A stretch of DNA of 64,000 bases from Candidatus Bathyarchaeota archaeon (GTDB lineage Archaea > Thermoproteota > Bathyarchaeia > Bathyarchaeales > Bathycorpusculaceae), in assembly GCA_963832745.1 (NCBI GenBank), contig CAWHVC010000002.1, positions 384,001 through 448,000 of the forward strand, read 5' to 3'. Positions within the stretch are counted from its first letter, which is position 1. The number at the start of each line of letters is the position of its first letter. The notes beneath the pieces were generated by a model, which was not told the DNA's origin, did not search any database, and saw only the letters and a list, made by a program, of their open reading frames with translations. Positions 60,486 through 64,000 of the stretch are shown piece by piece. A program made the position numbers and the translations under genes.

Positions 60486-60944
60486 TCAATCACTGCCACC
60501 TTTAGGCTTAACCTTCCTAAACAATGCCGTACCCTCAACAAAAAACAGCCCCATAGCCACCGCCGTCATGCCTGTCAAAAAATAGAAACTCGCCTCAATA
60601 ACTAAATCCTTAATTAGCAAACTAAGCACTAGAATACTTACTTCTGCGGCGAACGCGCCCATAAAAAAGAAGGAGTAAAACATCAAGCGGGGCACAAGGT
60701 TTTTGCCGACCCACACGTGTCCGTTGATGTTTGCTTTCTCCTTAAGGACATAATCGCCATAGACTGTTTTTTCAATTAATCCCATGCCTTCAAGCTTCTG
60801 CAATTGCCGATGAGCAACGCTGGTGCTGCTTAAATCTGCTCCACGTGTAACATCTCTGGTTCCCACTGGCTTATCCGAATGAACAATGTACGCGTAGACC
60901 GCTAAAGTGTTGCCCTCTAAAGTGTCAGTTGATGCGCCAGCCAT
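60486..60944 (-). CDS. membrane-anchored winged-helix regulator (HTH plus two TMs)
   Basis: GTRDVTRGADLSSTSVAHRQLQKLE.MGLIEK...G.Y, then two TMs. Confidence 0.82.
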   Translation of the reverse strand: MAGASTDTLEGNTLAVYAYIVHSDKPVGTRDVTRGADLSSTSVAHRQLQKLEGMGLIEKTVYGDYVLKEKANINGHVWVGKNLVPRLMFYSFFFMGAFAAEVSILVLSLLIKDLVIEASFYFLTGMTAVAMGLFFVEGTALFRKVKPKGGSD

Positions 60945-60958
60945 GCCCTTTGACTCCT

Positions 60959-61687
60959 TTAAGGCATCATTTCCATTGGGGACAACGGGTTAATCTTGTC
61001 TAGTTCCTGCATTGGAATATCGGTATTGTAAAGGTAGCCATCGCGGTAACGTGTTAAATCAAATTGCATTATTGGTTCTGGGTTCTCGTCAAGAATAATC
61101 TGCGTTGAATTTATGGTGCGTATCATTGAGTTTTCACGGTATATTTTCATTGTAAGTGATTGTGGTGCACCAGTGGTAAGATTCCAGTTGTTATCATAGC
61201 CGTTTCTGTAGATTTTAGATGTTCCATTGCTCCATGCGCTTGTGGCTTCTGCTGTAGCTTTGTCATCCGTCTCAATATTGCTCCAGTCCATAAGGAAGGA
61301 TGTGATATTGTCGATTTTGTTATTTTGATTGATGCCTGAAGGTGATATGGCGTAAGACCGCAGGGTAATATTTCCTATTGACACTTTATCTGTGTATATT
61401 TCTGCTCTGTAAGTTTCAGCGTAAGCAACTAAGTCATCTGTTAAATCAAATTTTGGTGACGTCTTAAAGCAGACCATGAATGCTGCTCCACTGGTGTCGT
61501 TTGTTAGTGTGTTGTTATCCCACACGTTACGGACGTAAGCGTATGGCATGTCAAAATTAAAGGTGGGTCTAGTAACTGCTGGCTGCGCTGAGGCTGGGGT
61601 CATCAGAAATATTAAAGGTGTGATCGTTGTGATTCCGATTGTGACTGCAAAGATGCTGCATAGGATTAGTTTCTTTTCAAACTGCAT
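60959..61687 (-). CDS. secreted or N-anchored hypothetical protein
   Basis: KKLILCSIFA.TIGI.TI.PL N-terminal TM; ends 14 bp before the wHTH gene. Confidence 0.75.
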   Translation of the reverse strand: MQFEKKLILCSIFAVTIGITTITPLIFLMTPASAQPAVTRPTFNFDMPYAYVRNVWDNNTLTNDTSGAAFMVCFKTSPKFDLTDDLVAYAETYRAEIYTDKVSIGNITLRSYAISPSGINQNNKIDNITSFLMDWSNIETDDKATAEATSAWSNGTSKIYRNGYDNNWNLTTGAPQSLTMKIYRENSMIRTINSTQIILDENPEPIMQFDLTRYRDGYLYNTDIPMQELDKINPLSPMEMMP

Positions 61688-61878
61688 TTATGGTTCTTCA
61701 CCACTCCAGTAAGCAGTAGAATGGCAATATATTTCTCACTATAGAACAAAACTGTTCTTCTAGAGAACAACAGCTTAAGGGGTATCACGTTAAGGGAGTA
61801 ATTTATGGAACCAAACTCTGCCTTTAGTCAGGACTTCTTTAGATAGTTCCAACTTTATCTTTCAGATTTGGTAGTTGT

Positions 61879-62385
61879 TCAAAGTGTTTTTTGTTTTCTC
61901 CGATTAATGATTAACAGCGTGACTGATGAAAGGATACCGACACTCACTATCGCTAATGAGAGCATTAGCAGGTCTTGTTCAAAACCGGAAAAAGTCAAAG
62001 TCATCTTAACAGTAGTAGCATTATCTTCTTGCAAATGAACCAAAACAGCATAACTGCCTCTGCCCGTAGGTTGCTCGCTATAAGCACCCTCAGTAATATT
62101 CTCATACGACCAACCTGTATTAATTGACTTGTCAATATTCCATTGTTTTACAGCCGCATCATCCAAAATATATGCGCTAACAGTATTATTTGCCCTAATA
62201 TTAACGCTAAAATCTCTGTCAAACATTAAGAAATCGGGGTACAAAACCCATCCGCTAGTAGCTCCCTCTATGTCATTACCAAAGTTCAGGTTTTTTGGCA
62301 TCGAATTGCTTCTAACTGCCGTAGCAACTAATAAAGACAAACCGACCAGAAAGACAATCAAACCCAATCTCAAACTTTTTTTCAT
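61879..62385 (-). CDS. two-TM protein with extracytoplasmic beta domain
   Basis: Homologous to the N-terminal part of 62400..63776 (Y.LD...W...W..N...RG.Y..L...G.E.DLL). Confidence 0.75.
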   Translation of the reverse strand: MKKSLRLGLIVFLVGLSLLVATAVRSNSMPKNLNFGNDIEGATSGWVLYPDFLMFDRDFSVNIRANNTVSAYILDDAAVKQWNIDKSINTGWSYENITEGAYSEQPTGRGSYAVLVHLQEDNATTVKMTLTFSGFEQDLLMLSLAIVSVGILSSVTLLIINRRKQKTL

Positions 62386-62399
62386 TGTAATATACCTCT

Positions 62400-63776
62400 T
62401 TAGTCAATCTCCATTTTACGTGTAAAATAAACAAATGAAAAAGTAAACATCAAAACCGAAATACCCGCAACAACAAAAACGCTAGAGAGTCCATCAATCA
62501 ACGGTGTAGACGATGAACCGCCATAAACGTACTGACGAGCAAAAGTAAACCCTGTTGTAAATCGGCCTGTAAAAGAAACAAGGCTTTCGCTGGAAGCAAT
62601 GCTTTCAATGCCGAAAAGCAGAAGTGCAGAGGCTAAAATTGAGAGAACCTCATTTTTAGTAACTATCGACAAAGCAGTTGATAGAGTGCAAACTAGAGAA
62701 AGTTGAAGAAGCACAAGTAGTACTGAAGCATAAAACATTGGTTCAAAAGGATTAAGCGCTAAAAGAGGAATCTGTAGCGCAAACACGCCAACATAAACAA
62801 TAGAGAGGACAGCGAATAGGGCGATGAATTTTGATAAAAACAATTTGCTTCGTTGCACTGGATATGAAAGAACCATTTTTGTCTCTCCCCTAGAAATGCC
62901 GCCCGCGTAACTATGGCAGAACAGGACGCCGGTAATGAATATGAGGAAAAGAAAAATTGGCTGAATCCCTGAAGTTAGATTAAAATAACTAGACGCTGGC
63001 GAGACCTCAAGGATAGTAGGAGTTAAAACCGTCAAAACTGCTATCACCAGTATAACTTCTAACATGGGAAACGCAAAACATTCCTCCAACTCCCAAACCA
63101 AAAGCCTACGCAACTGGCCCCCAACCCTTGACTTGCCCAAACCTTTGGCAGAAGGAACACTCGACACAACGTTTTGAGACAGCAAAACAGTGTCACTACC
63201 CATATTGTTGTCTTTTTTTAGCCTTGCAGCGATAGACGACTGTTTGGTTTTGCTTTGAAACATTACCTTGGAAGCTACAGTAATAACTAAACCTGCGGAT
63301 AGTGTTGTTACTGAAATCCACAGCAAATCACTCTCATACCCATACAATTTTGGGAATATTCGCCCGTTTAGGCTTGAATTGTCAGGGCTAATAAATAGTA
63401 AATAATAGTCCCCTCTGTAAGGGATTTGAGTGTTTAAGGTGGCTGTAGAGGAGACATTTTTAGCAGACCAAATGGGTTCAATCACTTTTTCTGACTGCCA
63501 AAGCTCGCTGCCTTTAGTGTCAAGAAGATAAACATCCACTGATGAAATGGGTTTCAATTTAGCGAATGCATCATAATAGGTAAAGTTTAATGATAATTCA
63601 TAGTTGCGTGGTGACAACGAAAAAGGCCCACCAAAAGAAGTACTCGCCGTCCCCCAGCAACCTGTCTCGCCGCCAGAATTCCAGGTGCTTCGGTAAATGG
63701 TTCCTGCTAAGAAAGAGGAGCCAATGACTAAGAGCATTAGGCCAATTGTTGTGAATAGTTGAGATTTGTTTTTCAT
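62400..63776 (-). CDS. ABC-2-type permease fused to an N-terminal two-TM extracytoplasmic module
   Basis: ISRGETK.VLSYPVQRS.LFLSKF, six C-terminal TMs, F.RKMEID end. Confidence 0.82.
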   Translation of the reverse strand: MKNKSQLFTTIGLMLLVIGSSFLAGTIYRSTWNSGGETGCWGTASTSFGGPFSLSPRNYELSLNFTYYDAFAKLKPISSVDVYLLDTKGSELWQSEKVIEPIWSAKNVSSTATLNTQIPYRGDYYLLFISPDNSSLNGRIFPKLYGYESDLLWISVTTLSAGLVITVASKVMFQSKTKQSSIAARLKKDNNMGSDTVLLSQNVVSSVPSAKGLGKSRVGGQLRRLLVWELEECFAFPMLEVILVIAVLTVLTPTILEVSPASSYFNLTSGIQPIFLFLIFITGVLFCHSYAGGISRGETKMVLSYPVQRSKLFLSKFIALFAVLSIVYVGVFALQIPLLALNPFEPMFYASVLLVLLQLSLVCTLSTALSIVTKNEVLSILASALLLFGIESIASSESLVSFTGRFTTGFTFARQYVYGGSSSTPLIDGLSSVFVVAGISVLMFTFSFVYFTRKMEID

Positions 63777-64000
63777 TTAGTCAACCTCCATTTTACGAGT
63801 AAAATAGACAAAAACAATCGTTAGCACAGCAACAGCAGTTACGAGCGGAAACGCTATTGAACCCGTGAACTGCTCAAACGTAACTGGTAGTGAGCCACTA
63901 CATATGAGAGCCAGGGTGAGTTATTTGTTCAAAATACCCAAAAATATTGCTGAATCTGCCAATAGACCTAAAGATGTCGTTGAAACTAAATGCGTTATCA
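63777..64000 (-). CDS. C-terminal end of a second ABC-2-type permease (truncated by window; indel near 63901)
   Basis: Ends VFVYFTRKMEVD, nearly the same as the neighbouring permease end; its stop abuts the next ATG. Confidence 0.7.

Overview
Archaeal chromosomal window, most likely Bathyarchaeia. Support: HdrA-MvhD fusion, archaeal PEP carboxylase, tandem PurP, thermosome, TBP, RadA, an EF-2 paralog without the diphthamide loop, a Cren7-like protein, and large NosD/PQQ surface proteins. Most of it is housekeeping (purine/pyrimidine synthesis, tRNA modification, DNA repair) plus one CAT-anticodon tRNA, probably tRNA-Ile2. The most unusual item is a module present twice (about 3.8-6.3 kb and 53.5-54.7 kb). 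It has three parts: a conserved non-coding element starting just after a housekeeping stop codon, with a hairpin and possible long-range pseudoknot that fit a minus-strand RNA; a small winged-helix gene; and a divergent gene with an apparently degenerate PD-(D/E)xK-like fold. Each copy has its own palindromic operator array and its own neighbouring cargo, and the second is followed by an AT-rich three-gene Lamassu/ABC-3C-type defence operon. Many single-base frameshifts in conserved genes are more likely assembly errors than pseudogenes. All family assignments come from motif recognition by eye; no searches were run.
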